A stretch of DNA of 64,000 bases from Candidatus Woykebacteria bacterium (GCA_040876265.1 JBBDPN010000001.1:182208-246207); one strand, 5' to 3'. Positions 9,300-18,392 are shown, counted from the first letter of the stretch. Numbers and translations are program-made. The notes: a model not told the origin generated them from the letters alone.

Positions 9300-10400
9300 T
9301 TGGTATCAGTGATGGACGGCGAAGAATTTAATGAGGCAGGTTTTGAAATTGAAAACAGCGAATTAGAAGGCGAAATCTTTAACGAAACTTCCCGTGTAGA
9401 TAATTCTAACAAGGGGACGCCAGAAGATCCTGTTGAGCAGCAGGGGCTGGGAGTTGATAAAGAAAAGGACACATTTGAAAATCGTGTCCAAAGACTTTTT
9501 GCAGAGTTAAAACAAGGCAGCGATATAGAGTTGTTTGACGGAGAAAAGGCAAAAATAAGTGAGATAACCTTAACGATCCCCCGTCATGCAGATATCGATC
9601 CGGAGAGATGGAAAAACCTTGAAGATCAAGTCAACCAAGATGGAAACGCAGAACAAGTTCTTAAGGGCAACCCCGATTTTAAAGTGGCCCTCTTTTATCT
9701 AACAACAGGGGGAGGAGAGAAGATTCGCTACGACGACGGTAAAATGAGGACTCTAATCCATTATTCGGAGGCGTTAGGTTCCCATCAAAGGACCTTACTG
9801 CGAGATTTACTTGACAACCCTAACGCCGACCTTACTAGTGCAACGGAAGCTGGGTTGCGAGATACTTTAGAAAGACTAGGATTTAGTGGTGAAAGAATAG
9901 AGACTCTAGCAAAGGATCCAAAAGCAGCGTTGCTTTCTATAAATCAAGCCTATTTAATGGAGGATGCAAATAAAGTCGTTTATATAAAGGTAGGTGAATA
10001 CGAAGGCGGAAATATCTATAGAGTTTTGGGTAGAACGAAATTCGGTAGGATGAATATTCAATTCGTTTTCGAAAAAGGGCATGGGTCAGGAAAGGAAGAT
10101 AAATCTGAGGAGGAGGAGGAAGAGGAAGCGGAGGATGAAGAGCTTCATGACGCCGAAGAGGTGTTAAGAATCGCCAAGACGACGTATGAGTATCTGATTA
10201 ACTTATCTCCAGAAAAAGGATCACAAGAGGTAGAATGGATGAAAATTTGGGGCGGTTATATTAAAAAGTTCGAATCTATTCTTAAAGGGATATCAGAAGA
10301 ACGAAAAGGAAGCAGAAAACTAATTTTTGGTCCAGAGTTTAATGAAATTTATAGATTCATTGTGGAAGCTGATACTCGAGGTATTAAGACAAAAAACTAG
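9300..10400 (+). CDS. Hypothetical acidic cytoplasmic protein
   Basis: 366 aa with a poly-Glu stretch, no TM segment and no recognisable motif. It sits 40 nt downstream of the orphan receiver. Confidence 0.5.
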   Translation: MVSVMDGEEFNEAGFEIENSELEGEIFNETSRVDNSNKGTPEDPVEQQGLGVDKEKDTFENRVQRLFAELKQGSDIELFDGEKAKISEITLTIPRHADIDPERWKNLEDQVNQDGNAEQVLKGNPDFKVALFYLTTGGGEKIRYDDGKMRTLIHYSEALGSHQRTLLRDLLDNPNADLTSATEAGLRDTLERLGFSGERIETLAKDPKAALLSINQAYLMEDANKVVYIKVGEYEGGNIYRVLGRTKFGRMNIQFVFEKGHGSGKEDKSEEEEEEEAEDEELHDAEEVLRIAKTTYEYLINLSPEKGSQEVEWMKIWGGYIKKFESILKGISEERKGSRKLIFGPEFNEIYRFIVEADTRGIKTKN

Positions 10401-10501
10401 CCCGACTTTAAATAATTTGAAACCTTTGATAGCTTGGATTTTGTCGCGATCATCGTTTTTTGTTTACAAAAATGGTGAAATTAGACAACCTTGTGACAGT
10501 A

Positions 10502-10681
10502 TCATAACAACGAGATAACCAACCGTTTTAGAGTTCCAAGTTTATCTCGGTCGCCTATTTTAGCTTTTTCGTTGGCGGTTTTTAGGATTTCGATGGATTT
10601 ATCATAGGTTTTGCGATTCACCGGATATGGAGTGCCGTCTTTGCCGTCGTAGAGAAGAAGAAAAGTAGTTCCAACTCTCAT
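10502..10681 (-). CDS. Small hypothetical protein (59 aa)
   Basis: MRVGTTFLLLYDGKDGTPYPVNRKTYDKSIEILKTANEKAKIGDRDKLGTLKRLVISLL; weak AGGG ribosome-binding site. Below the ORF-track cutoff. Confidence 0.25.
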   Translation of the reverse strand: MRVGTTFLLLYDGKDGTPYPVNRKTYDKSIEILKTANEKAKIGDRDKLGTLKRLVISLL

Positions 10682-10738
10682 ACCCTTACTCTACCAAATT
10701 TAGCCGTAGACCAACTGTTTTATGTTATTATTGCAGTT

Positions 10739-11230
10739 ATGGAGATATTTGGTTTTACGTTTTCGAAGTCTCTGGTGATTTTGGTTGTAGCGGTCGTTGT
10801 ATGGCTAGCCTCGCAATTACTTTCAAACACTTTTGTGACTGCTTTATCCTCTGGGACACCTACTGGTAAGAGGCTGAGAACACTAGGTAGTTTAGCTAGG
10901 ACTGCAACTTCTGCAGTGATCACTTTGGTGGCTGCGTTTATGATTATCCGGGAGTTGGGATTTGATATCGCGCCGCTCATCGCTAGCGCTGGGATTGCTG
11001 GTCTGGCCATTGGTTTTGGTGCTCAGACTCTAGTAAAAGACGTAATCGCCGGCGCCTTTATTCTCATCGAAAATCAATTTGATGAAGGTGATGAGATCGA
11101 GATAAACGGCAAGCGTGGCGTAGTTGAAAAAATTTCACTCCGAATTGTTTCCCTTCGGGATAAAGACAGCGCCCTACACATAGTCCCAAACGGCTCGATC
11201 CTAATGGTCAGCAACTTCTCCAAAAAATAA
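10739..11230 (+). CDS. Small-conductance mechanosensitive channel (MscS family), short form
   Basis: GFGAQTLVKDVIAGAFILIENQFDEGDEIEINGKRGVVEKISLRIVSLRD matches the MscS pore-helix and beta-domain hallmark. Confidence 0.8.
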   Translation: MEIFGFTFSKSLVILVVAVVVWLASQLLSNTFVTALSSGTPTGKRLRTLGSLARTATSAVITLVAAFMIIRELGFDIAPLIASAGIAGLAIGFGAQTLVKDVIAGAFILIENQFDEGDEIEINGKRGVVEKISLRIVSLRDKDSALHIVPNGSILMVSNFSKK

Positions 11231-11246
11231 CCCTCACCAAGTCCTA

Positions 11247-11275
11247 TTGACATATACTATAAGTTAGTATATAAT
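11247..11275 (+). promoter_or_regulatory. Consensus sigma70-type promoter for the LPXTG protein gene
   Basis: TTGACA, then a 17-nt spacer, then TATAAT, ending 7 nt before the ATG at 11283. Confidence 0.5.
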
Positions 11276-11282
11276 AGCCGAC

Positions 11283-11843
11283 ATGGTAAAAAAGCTGCTA
11301 GTTATAGGACTCACATTTGTTATAGTTCTACTTGTTTCCTCTAGCCCAGCCTTGGCTCACAGCAGAGGTGGGAACTCTCATGAGTATAAATCTTACGGTA
11401 AAAAAACGATCCAAATAAGCAAGCATAAAAAGCAAGGCAAATACCACTCCACTTATAAGCACAAATCTAAAAAGTATTCTTATAGTCATGAGGACAAGAA
11501 AGATAATAACCACAAATATCCTGTTGAGAAAAAGCACTACAGTAAGGTAGAAAAAGAAAAGGACAAGAAAGTTCACGGTAAGGATAAGCAAAATGTTTCT
11601 TGCAGGACCAAAACTTACGTAAAAAAGCACAGAAAAGAAACTCCTAAAAAGGAAAAGCCTGAAGATCCAAAAATAGAAAAAAAGGTTAAAAAAACTGAAA
11701 GTAAGGTATTAGGTGCCACCACTCTACCTGAAACTGGTCCAACCAGTAACAGCTACGTATATATTCCTCTGGGCTTGCTTCTAGGTGGTAGTGCTCTGTA
11801 CGTAGTTACCAGGCGCCTCGAAAAAGTCGAAGTAGCCAAATAA
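11283..11843 (+). CDS. LPXTG cell-wall-anchored, Lys/His-rich surface protein
   Basis: N-terminal signal peptide (MVKKLLVIGLTFVIVLLVSSSPALA), an extremely basic K/H/Y-rich low-complexity body, then C-terminal LPETG, a hydrophobic stretch and an RRLEK tail. Confidence 0.7.
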   Translation: MVKKLLVIGLTFVIVLLVSSSPALAHSRGGNSHEYKSYGKKTIQISKHKKQGKYHSTYKHKSKKYSYSHEDKKDNNHKYPVEKKHYSKVEKEKDKKVHGKDKQNVSCRTKTYVKKHRKETPKKEKPEDPKIEKKVKKTESKVLGATTLPETGPTSNSYVYIPLGLLLGGSALYVVTRRLEKVEVAK

Positions 11844-11978
11844 ATTAATCTAGTTACATTTTGCTTGATACAGAAACCTATAGCCCGCTCTGTAATTCGA
11901 AATCTTTGGTTCCTCAGTACTCTTGCGTTCTGCGACCACTAAAGTGGACTAGACAAGGGCGGACCCTGTCGGTTGCTG

Positions 11979-12488
11979 TTAGTTAGCCGGGATTTCGAGT
12001 TCGTCTCCTATTTTTAAGTTGTGCTCTGCAATAAACCCAGCGTTTACTTCGAGGACGTGCGTGGCTGGTTTATCTGGAGTGTACGTAGGTATACCGTTCC
12101 CTATTGGAATCGCTGCGTTTTCCACAAAATATGCGATTGTATTATTATCAATCCAAATAATATCAATTGGGAATTTCATATCTTTCATCCAAAAAGTGGC
12201 GATTTTTCTTTCAGGTAAATAAAAAAGCATCCCTTCACGCTCTCCCAGCGAAGTCCTTCCAGATAAACCCCTCTCCAGTTCGGCGGGTGTTTTTGCGATT
12301 TCCACGGTGATTTTTGTGCCGTTGATATCTAAGATCAAATGACCTCCATTCTCTACGGGTTTATTGGGTTTACTTTGAATTGAAGTTAAGGTAAAAATTG
12401 AAAAGGATATCAAAGCTAGACCAAAAATAATAACGATTATTTTGGGCGTGATACTCTTATGATTTGGCACCCTTATATTTTCACACAA
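11979..12488 (-). CDS. DUF192-domain protein (membrane-anchored)
   Basis: MKDMKFPIDIIWID... core typical of DUF192/COG1430; N-terminal TM helix. Confidence 0.65.
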   Translation of the reverse strand: MCENIRVPNHKSITPKIIVIIFGLALISFSIFTLTSIQSKPNKPVENGGHLILDINGTKITVEIAKTPAELERGLSGRTSLGEREGMLFYLPERKIATFWMKDMKFPIDIIWIDNNTIAYFVENAAIPIGNGIPTYTPDKPATHVLEVNAGFIAEHNLKIGDELEIPAN

Positions 12489-12526
12489 TTTGCAATACTA
12501 GGCAATAAATTTTATACTCCAATTCC

Positions 12527-13399
12527 TTGGAAGGAGGAGTAGTCTTGGGGAGCAAGATCTTCGTCGTAACTGACAGCACTGCCTGCATTTCGCCGGAAAC
12601 TTTGGCCAAATACGACAATCTGCTTGTTGTTCCTCTGGAAGCTATCTTTGATGATGAGGTCATCGACGATGGTGTTTTGAGCGACGACGAGTTCTACGAG
12701 AAACTCGCTAATTCCAAAAAGCCGTCAACTAGCGCTCCTAGTGAGGGGAAGTTTATCGAAGTCTTCCACAAAGCTGCTGAAGCTGGAGCCCGCAACATCA
12801 TCTGCGTGACACTTAGCAGTAAACTTAGTGCTACGTACACCAATGCGGGTTATGCGGCTACTCAGCTGGAAAAAGAAGGTGTTTGGGTGTATTTGCACGA
12901 CTCCCAATTCGTCTCTTACGGCCTTGCTAAACAAGCTCTAATTGCTTCCGAGATGGCGAATCGTGGAGCTAGTGTGGAAGAGATAACCAAAACTCTAGAA
13001 GACTTGGTGGATCGGACCCATTTGGTGGTAGCTCTTGATACCTTAGAGTACCTGAGAAGAGGTGGAAGAATTGGTCGAGCGAGAAGATGGTTGGGAGCAC
13101 TCCTAAAGCTCAAGCCCATTTTGGAAGTGGCTCAAGGAGAAGTCCAACCTCTTGAGCGAGCGCATGGCCATAGGGTGGCAGTAAAGAAACTCGTCAACAG
13201 AGCAAAAACGCTTGGTCCTCTGGAGGATCTAGCTATCTCACACGGGCTCTTTCCTGAAGGCGTTCAGGACTTCAGAGAAGAAATGAAGCTTCAAGGTCTA
13301 AGACCCGATAATCTTCTTGAAGTCCCAATGACCTCAGTGATTGCTGTTCATGGTGGGCCGAAGATGCTTGGTTTTGTGGCAATAGAAAGGTCAAGATGA
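12527..13399 (+). CDS. DegV-family fatty-acid-binding protein
   Basis: IFVVTDSTACI N-terminal motif and overall DegV layout. The true start is probably the TTG at 12545, 7 nt after GGAGGAG. The DNA is more G+C-rich than the flanks. Confidence 0.8.
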   Translation: MEGGVVLGSKIFVVTDSTACISPETLAKYDNLLVVPLEAIFDDEVIDDGVLSDDEFYEKLANSKKPSTSAPSEGKFIEVFHKAAEAGARNIICVTLSSKLSATYTNAGYAATQLEKEGVWVYLHDSQFVSYGLAKQALIASEMANRGASVEEITKTLEDLVDRTHLVVALDTLEYLRRGGRIGRARRWLGALLKLKPILEVAQGEVQPLERAHGHRVAVKKLVNRAKTLGPLEDLAISHGLFPEGVQDFREEMKLQGLRPDNLLEVPMTSVIAVHGGPKMLGFVAIERSR

Positions 13400-13457
13400 T
13401 TCTGGCGGTGGGATGTAAGAGGCAACTGCCTTTACACCCACCGCCTCAATATTTCAC

Positions 13458-14180
13458 TTAGGTTTCTTTGTTTGTCGCCACTCGTCCGGCGTAGAACCCC
13501 CTATTCATAGGACCCACTCCGGTAGCGACCAACAGACCGATTTGGTCAGCGATCTCCTGTTTATTTCTTCCAGCAAGTTGTATCTTCACCGGTTGGTGGA
13601 TGATTACCCTGACGGGTGGTCTTCGCCGGAAAATTAGTCGCGGAATTTCCTTCCAAAGGTCTCCGCGAAGCAAGTCCTCGGTCCCGCTGATCGAGACGGG
13701 TACCACCGGTATTCTGCTGCGCGAGGCAAGAGGGACAAAGCCAGCGTGAAAGCGTTTCATTGCCGTGGACCTAGTCCCTTCCGCAAAGATAACCATTGAT
13801 CTCCCTGACCGCAGAAGAGCTTCCATCTCACGGAACTGAGAAAGAGCGAATTCTTCCCGGTCGATCCAGACTATTCTGGTCACCAATTTCAGGAATAACC
13901 TGAGAGCGGGCTTTCCATAATCCTTTCGGACGACAAAATTGATCGGAAACGGAAATGCGTATTCGAGGACTGAACCGTCAGCGCCGTCAACGTGATTGGA
14001 CACGATGATACAAGCGCCCAATCTTCTGACCAATTCTCCTCCCTCGACTTTAATCGGTGCAATTCCGGTAGTGTACAGAAATGTCCACAAGGGCATGAAA
14101 AACCAACGCAGTAGCACTAAAGCACCTCCCTTTTCTTTCTTCCGGCAGCGAATTTTAAAGTAAATCTGGATGGTTGACAA
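13458..14180 (-). CDS. plsC: 1-acyl-sn-glycerol-3-phosphate acyltransferase (PlsC family)
   Basis: NHVDGAD (HxxxxD acyltransferase motif) and FAEGTRS. G+C-rich DNA. Confidence 0.75.
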   Translation of the reverse strand: MSTIQIYFKIRCRKKEKGGALVLLRWFFMPLWTFLYTTGIAPIKVEGGELVRRLGACIIVSNHVDGADGSVLEYAFPFPINFVVRKDYGKPALRLFLKLVTRIVWIDREEFALSQFREMEALLRSGRSMVIFAEGTRSTAMKRFHAGFVPLASRSRIPVVPVSISGTEDLLRGDLWKEIPRLIFRRRPPVRVIIHQPVKIQLAGRNKQEIADQIGLLVATGVGPMNRGFYAGRVATNKET

Positions 14181-14207
14181 GTACTTATTTAAGACTTAAA
14201 TAGAAAT

Positions 14208-15011
14208 ATGAAACGAAAACTTTTAGCTGGTTTTATCTTTGCAATTATTTTCTTGGTTTCATATCTTCTCCTCTATTCCCCAAGCTTTATTTCAAATAAA
14301 GTTGTGCAGAGCGGCCCAACCCAAAATCCGAGTTCAGCCGCCACGTCTATTTTAGAAAATGAAAAGAAGCAGCAAGTAAGTAAAAATCAGTCTGGGACTG
14401 AAGGAGTTAAGGTTACGAGAGTGGTTGATGGCGACACTATTGAGATCGAAACCGGCCAAAAGGTTCGCTATATTGGTATTGATACACCTGAGACTTCTGA
14501 TCCTAGGACTGGGGTGCAATGTTTTGGCAAGGAGGCAACCAAGAAAAACCGCGAACTGGTTGAAGGAAAACGCGTAAGACTTGAAAAAGACGTCTCGGAA
14601 ACTGACAAATACGGAAGACTACTGCGTTATATCTTCGTTCCTTCGCCATCTTCCGGACAAGATGGTTTAGTTAGTGAGACTTTAGTAAAAGAAGGTTTTG
14701 CTTTTTCTTCCCCATATCCTCCTGATATTAAATACCAAGATATTTTTAATAAAGCAGAGAAATTTGCAAAGAAAAACGATAAAGGCCTTTGGGGTTCGTG
14801 TGGGTTTATTGCTGGGGTTGACGATAAGCAAACTGCTCCAGAAACCGACTGTGTAATCAAAGGAAATATTGGCGGTTCCGGTGAGAAAATTTATCATCTT
14901 CCTGGGCAACGTTATTACAACCAAACAGTTATCAGCGAAGATAAAGGTGAACGTTGGTTTTGCACTGAATCTGCGGCACAGGCAGCCGGTTGGCGAAAAT
15001 CAAAACTATGA
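14208..15011 (+). CDS. Secreted thermonuclease (SNase-like) with a YncB-type C-terminal domain
   Basis: N-terminal TM or signal segment; VVDGDTIEI...VRYIGIDTPE SNase motifs; C-terminal IKGNIGGSGEKIYHLPGQRYYNQT...WFCTESAAQAAGWR. Confidence 0.8.
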   Translation: MKRKLLAGFIFAIIFLVSYLLLYSPSFISNKVVQSGPTQNPSSAATSILENEKKQQVSKNQSGTEGVKVTRVVDGDTIEIETGQKVRYIGIDTPETSDPRTGVQCFGKEATKKNRELVEGKRVRLEKDVSETDKYGRLLRYIFVPSPSSGQDGLVSETLVKEGFAFSSPYPPDIKYQDIFNKAEKFAKKNDKGLWGSCGFIAGVDDKQTAPETDCVIKGNIGGSGEKIYHLPGQRYYNQTVISEDKGERWFCTESAAQAAGWRKSKL

Positions 15012-15059
15012 TTTGTTATACTATAAAGGTAAAAAGGAGACAGCCGGAAGGAGAAACCG

Positions 15060-16052
15060 TTGACTTACGTGATGACAGGTCCCTGGACTCAGGAAGGTCG
15101 ATACAACGCCATCCAGAAGGCCGTAGCCGAAATCTACGACCGGTATTTCAGAGGCGGGCCACGATGGGTAGCAAAACATCTGCCCGAGAGAAGTCAGATG
15201 CTAGAGTGGGCCGATAAGGTGAGTCCTGAAAGCACCGAGATCATAGTCGGGGATTTCGGCGTTGAGTCCTTCATTGAAGACTACGCCGAGATGGCTATCC
15301 TCGCTTCTGGAGACAGCTATTCCACCAGGCAGATATATACCCAGTGGGTATACGACGAGACTCGTCACAGCAAAGCGCTTTGGTACTGTCTGGTTGATTC
15401 GGGTCTTCGATCGCCGAGGGCGATGGACGAATATCTTCACCAGTGCGAGCAGGATGTCTGGACTTTCGAGAAGCAGACTGGTCACGAGGCTACGCCGGAG
15501 CGAGGGGCTGCGTATGCAATCGCCCAGGAGCGGCAAACCAAGAGGAATTATCGGCGAATGCGAGACCGTATTTGGCAGGAGTACGGCTCACCCTGTGGTG
15601 AGGATGATAGGCCCGTATATCCTGCCATCGCCGGTGTTTGTGGCACGCTTTCTACCGACGAAGGTTATCACGAGGGTGTGTTCCGCAACATCACTAGAGC
15701 GTACCTACGGTACTGGCCGGATAAAGCCCTGCAGGCGATGTGGGATGTATACGAGAGGTACCGCATGCCGATCGTGAAGCTGCCCAATGCTGAAGCCTTT
15801 CTCGCGGCCGTGCTTTCTACCGGGATTGACTCCCACCGCGATGTGATCACAGAAATTCTGAAGCCTACCTACAAGGCTTTGGGTCTGGAGAGTCGAGTCG
15901 CGGTAAAGAGAGCAGCTGGAAACAGTTGGGATCTTCCGGACGGAGCGGTGATCCAGATCGGTGACAAGGCGGATTCAAGCTGGTCCGAAGGAGTGATCCC
16001 CTACGTCATGAAGCCTGACGGCTCGTTTGTTCCTGTGGAACGAGCTGCTTAG
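15060..16052 (+). CDS. Acyl-ACP desaturase-like diiron protein (fatty-acid desaturase type 2 family)
   Basis: Two E..H diiron motifs in the expected context (WVYDETRHSKAL and CGTLSTDEGYHEGVF), plus a QER block as in plant and mycobacterial acyl-ACP desaturases. TTG start. Strongly G+C-rich DNA. Confidence 0.6.
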   Translation: MTYVMTGPWTQEGRYNAIQKAVAEIYDRYFRGGPRWVAKHLPERSQMLEWADKVSPESTEIIVGDFGVESFIEDYAEMAILASGDSYSTRQIYTQWVYDETRHSKALWYCLVDSGLRSPRAMDEYLHQCEQDVWTFEKQTGHEATPERGAAYAIAQERQTKRNYRRMRDRIWQEYGSPCGEDDRPVYPAIAGVCGTLSTDEGYHEGVFRNITRAYLRYWPDKALQAMWDVYERYRMPIVKLPNAEAFLAAVLSTGIDSHRDVITEILKPTYKALGLESRVAVKRAAGNSWDLPDGAVIQIGDKADSSWSEGVIPYVMKPDGSFVPVERAA

Positions 16053-16068
16053 GTAACGGACACAACAC

Positions 16069-16112
16069 GACCCGTTTCTACCAGATCGAAAGATCGCCGG
16101 TGGAAACGGGTC
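16069..16112 (+). terminator. Long hairpin downstream of the desaturase-like gene (candidate terminator)
   Basis: GACCCGTTTC, 24 nt, GAAACGGGTC: a perfect 10-bp stem, with a T-run following within about 20 nt. Confidence 0.35.
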
Positions 16113-16176
16113 CAACTCCCCTGATCTATTTTGACCCAGTTGACTTATTCGGTATATTTTCGGATTATAATAATGT

Positions 16177-17382
16177 ATGCGAGCCAACTGGATGCACATA
16201 GATATGGATGCTTTCTTTGCTTCTGTTGAAGTTAAGATCAACCCAGTTCTTGAAGGTAAACCAGTCCTTGTTGGTCGGGTCGATCCTCACGGGCGTTCTG
16301 TCCCCCGTGGTGTTGTGGCTACTGCTTCCTACGAAGCTAGAAAATTTGGCGCCCGCTCTGGTATGCCTCTTTTCCAAGCGCTACGTCTTTGCCCGCAGTG
16401 TACCGTAGTTGGTGGCCACTACGAAGAATATATAAAAGCCTCCGACGCTGTTTTTTCTATTTGTGCACGTTGGGCACCGAAAATAGAATACAGTTCTTTG
16501 GATGAAGCATTTCTCGATTTCTCCGGTACGGAACTTATTTACCAGGATTTAGTTGACGTAGCCAGAAAAATTAAAGAGACTGTAAAAGGCGAAGTCGGTA
16601 TCACCGCTTCTATAGGAATCGCGGCGACAAAAGTGGTTGCCAAAGTAGCTAGTGATCATGAAAAGCCTGATGGTTTAACTTATGTGAAAGCCGGAACCGA
16701 AAAAGAATTTCTCGCTCCCCTACCTATCAAAGACTTGCCTGGAATTGGTAGAAAAATGGAAGAGTATTTTCACCGGCTCGGAGTAAAAACTCTCGGGGAG
16801 CTGGCGGCTGTTCCCTACGAGAAAATACGCTCTTGGGGACAATTTGCCATCAATATTTGGAAAGCTGCTAACGGAGCAGATAATATTTGGTTTACACCAC
16901 GCACGCAAGTGAAATCTGTTTCTCGAAGTGAAACTTTTCCGAAAAATAGTGCAGATATTAAATTTATTTTAGCCATGCTTCAGCACCTTGCGGAAAAAGT
17001 TGGCGAAGAGGTGCGGAGTGAAGGCTACAGTGGTCGTTGTGTCTATGTAACGATCCGCTACAGCGACTTTCGGACCGCTTCTCGCCAGAGAGTACTTCCC
17101 TACCCTACATCTTCTACGAAAGAAATTTACGAGATGGGAAAACAATTGTTGGAAGAATTTTGGGATCACAATACATCATTGCGTTTGGTTGGAATCGGAA
17201 TTTCTCAATTTGCCCGCCTGCCGGACGGTCAGGGTGAGACAGTCCAGTCATCTTTATTTGACGGGGTTCGTAACAAACGGTTGGATCTGGAAAAAAGAGT
17301 AGACCACCTGCGCGAAAAATTCGGAAAAGGCTCTGTGGTTCCAGCTAGTTTAATGAAGCTTGGAAAAGTAAGGAGGGTTTAG
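16177..17382 (+). CDS. dinB: DNA polymerase IV (Y-family translesion polymerase)
   Basis: MRANWMHIDMDAFFASVE...; SIGIAATKVVAKVASD; a full-length Y-family polymerase with a little-finger domain. Confidence 0.9.
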   Translation: MRANWMHIDMDAFFASVEVKINPVLEGKPVLVGRVDPHGRSVPRGVVATASYEARKFGARSGMPLFQALRLCPQCTVVGGHYEEYIKASDAVFSICARWAPKIEYSSLDEAFLDFSGTELIYQDLVDVARKIKETVKGEVGITASIGIAATKVVAKVASDHEKPDGLTYVKAGTEKEFLAPLPIKDLPGIGRKMEEYFHRLGVKTLGELAAVPYEKIRSWGQFAINIWKAANGADNIWFTPRTQVKSVSRSETFPKNSADIKFILAMLQHLAEKVGEEVRSEGYSGRCVYVTIRYSDFRTASRQRVLPYPTSSTKEIYEMGKQLLEEFWDHNTSLRLVGIGISQFARLPDGQGETVQSSLFDGVRNKRLDLEKRVDHLREKFGKGSVVPASLMKLGKVRRV

Positions 17383-17431
17383 AAATAGGATTTCTTTACA
17401 AACTTGCATTTTCAAATTACACTATGGCCAT

Positions 17432-17791
17432 ATGGCTTACGAGATTAAGGAAAAGGAAGGATATTTTCTTTACAAAGCTAGCGGACTCTATACGGTGCAG
17501 GATATAGAGGGACTTATCCAAAACTTCGATAAAAAGATGGAAAAAGATCCAAACGCGAAGTTTTTGCTGGACTACTCCGAGATGACAAATTTTGAACAAA
17601 GGGCTTTAAAAACCGCCTATGATCGCATGGAACAGGGATTTCCCAAAGGTGTGAAAATTGCAATCGTTTACAATAAAGGCGGCTATCTTTACCATATCCT
17701 TGATATGGCAGCCAAGTCAATAGCACAAAATGCGAGGTTTTTTGGAGGCTCTGAAGAAGCCGAGAAGTGGCTTCTTGGAACCACTAGTTAA
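17432..17791 (+). CDS. Hypothetical protein
   Basis: 119 aa, soluble, no confident motif. Confidence 0.4.
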   Translation: MAYEIKEKEGYFLYKASGLYTVQDIEGLIQNFDKKMEKDPNAKFLLDYSEMTNFEQRALKTAYDRMEQGFPKGVKIAIVYNKGGYLYHILDMAAKSIAQNARFFGGSEEAEKWLLGTTS

Positions 17792-18360
17792 ACTGGTTTT
17801 TCAGCTCCGGAGAGAACTGCACTACGGATTTTCTTCCACCAAGAAGCATCAAATTTCTTCAGCAGGGATAGCTGCTGTTTAAAAATTTCCTGAAAGTATG
17901 AATTCCCGGCCTGAACTTCTTCGTAACATTTGGAGAGAAGCTGCAACTTGTCAGCGATTTTTACTACTTGAGCTTCTATAATTTTTGCATCTATTTCTTC
18001 GTTCCACAACGCTACTAGCTCCTTTTTTAGATCCGTCGGCAAATCTACAAACACTTCATCAATCGTTTGTTGGTTTACCTTGCGGATAGCCGAATAAACC
18101 TGCTCGTTGAAATGTTTGAATGGGTTGAGTATATCTCCGGAAAAAGCTTCCTCCGCGTCATGAATGAGCGCTATAGAAAGCGCTTTTTTTACATCCACCC
18201 TCACTTTCTTTTTTTCCAGCAGCGCGCAAAGAATGAGAACTATATACGCGACGTAAAAGGAATGTTCGGCCACGCTTTCCGGAAAATGCTGCGGTCGATT
18301 GTTGAAACGGATCACATGAGCTAAATCGCGGTTTAGTATATGTTCGAATATCTTTCCCAT
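17788..18360 (-). CDS. HD-domain phosphohydrolase (YfbR-like 5'-deoxynucleotidase family)
   Basis: ESVAEHSF, then a 30-residue gap, then IHDAEE: the HD motif pair. Confidence 0.8.
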   Translation of the reverse strand: MGKIFEHILNRDLAHVIRFNNRPQHFPESVAEHSFYVAYIVLILCALLEKKKVRVDVKKALSIALIHDAEEAFSGDILNPFKHFNEQVYSAIRKVNQQTIDEVFVDLPTDLKKELVALWNEEIDAKIIEAQVVKIADKLQLLSKCYEEVQAGNSYFQEIFKQQLSLLKKFDASWWKKIRSAVLSGAEKPV

Positions 18361-18392
18361 AGAAGAGACATTTTAACAATCTACCCCTCTGT

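Noticed and set aside
10074-10160. GAG/GAA-rich repeat run
   Set aside because: It is in-frame coding for a poly-Glu low-complexity tract inside the 9300..10400 protein. It is not a mobile or CRISPR repeat.
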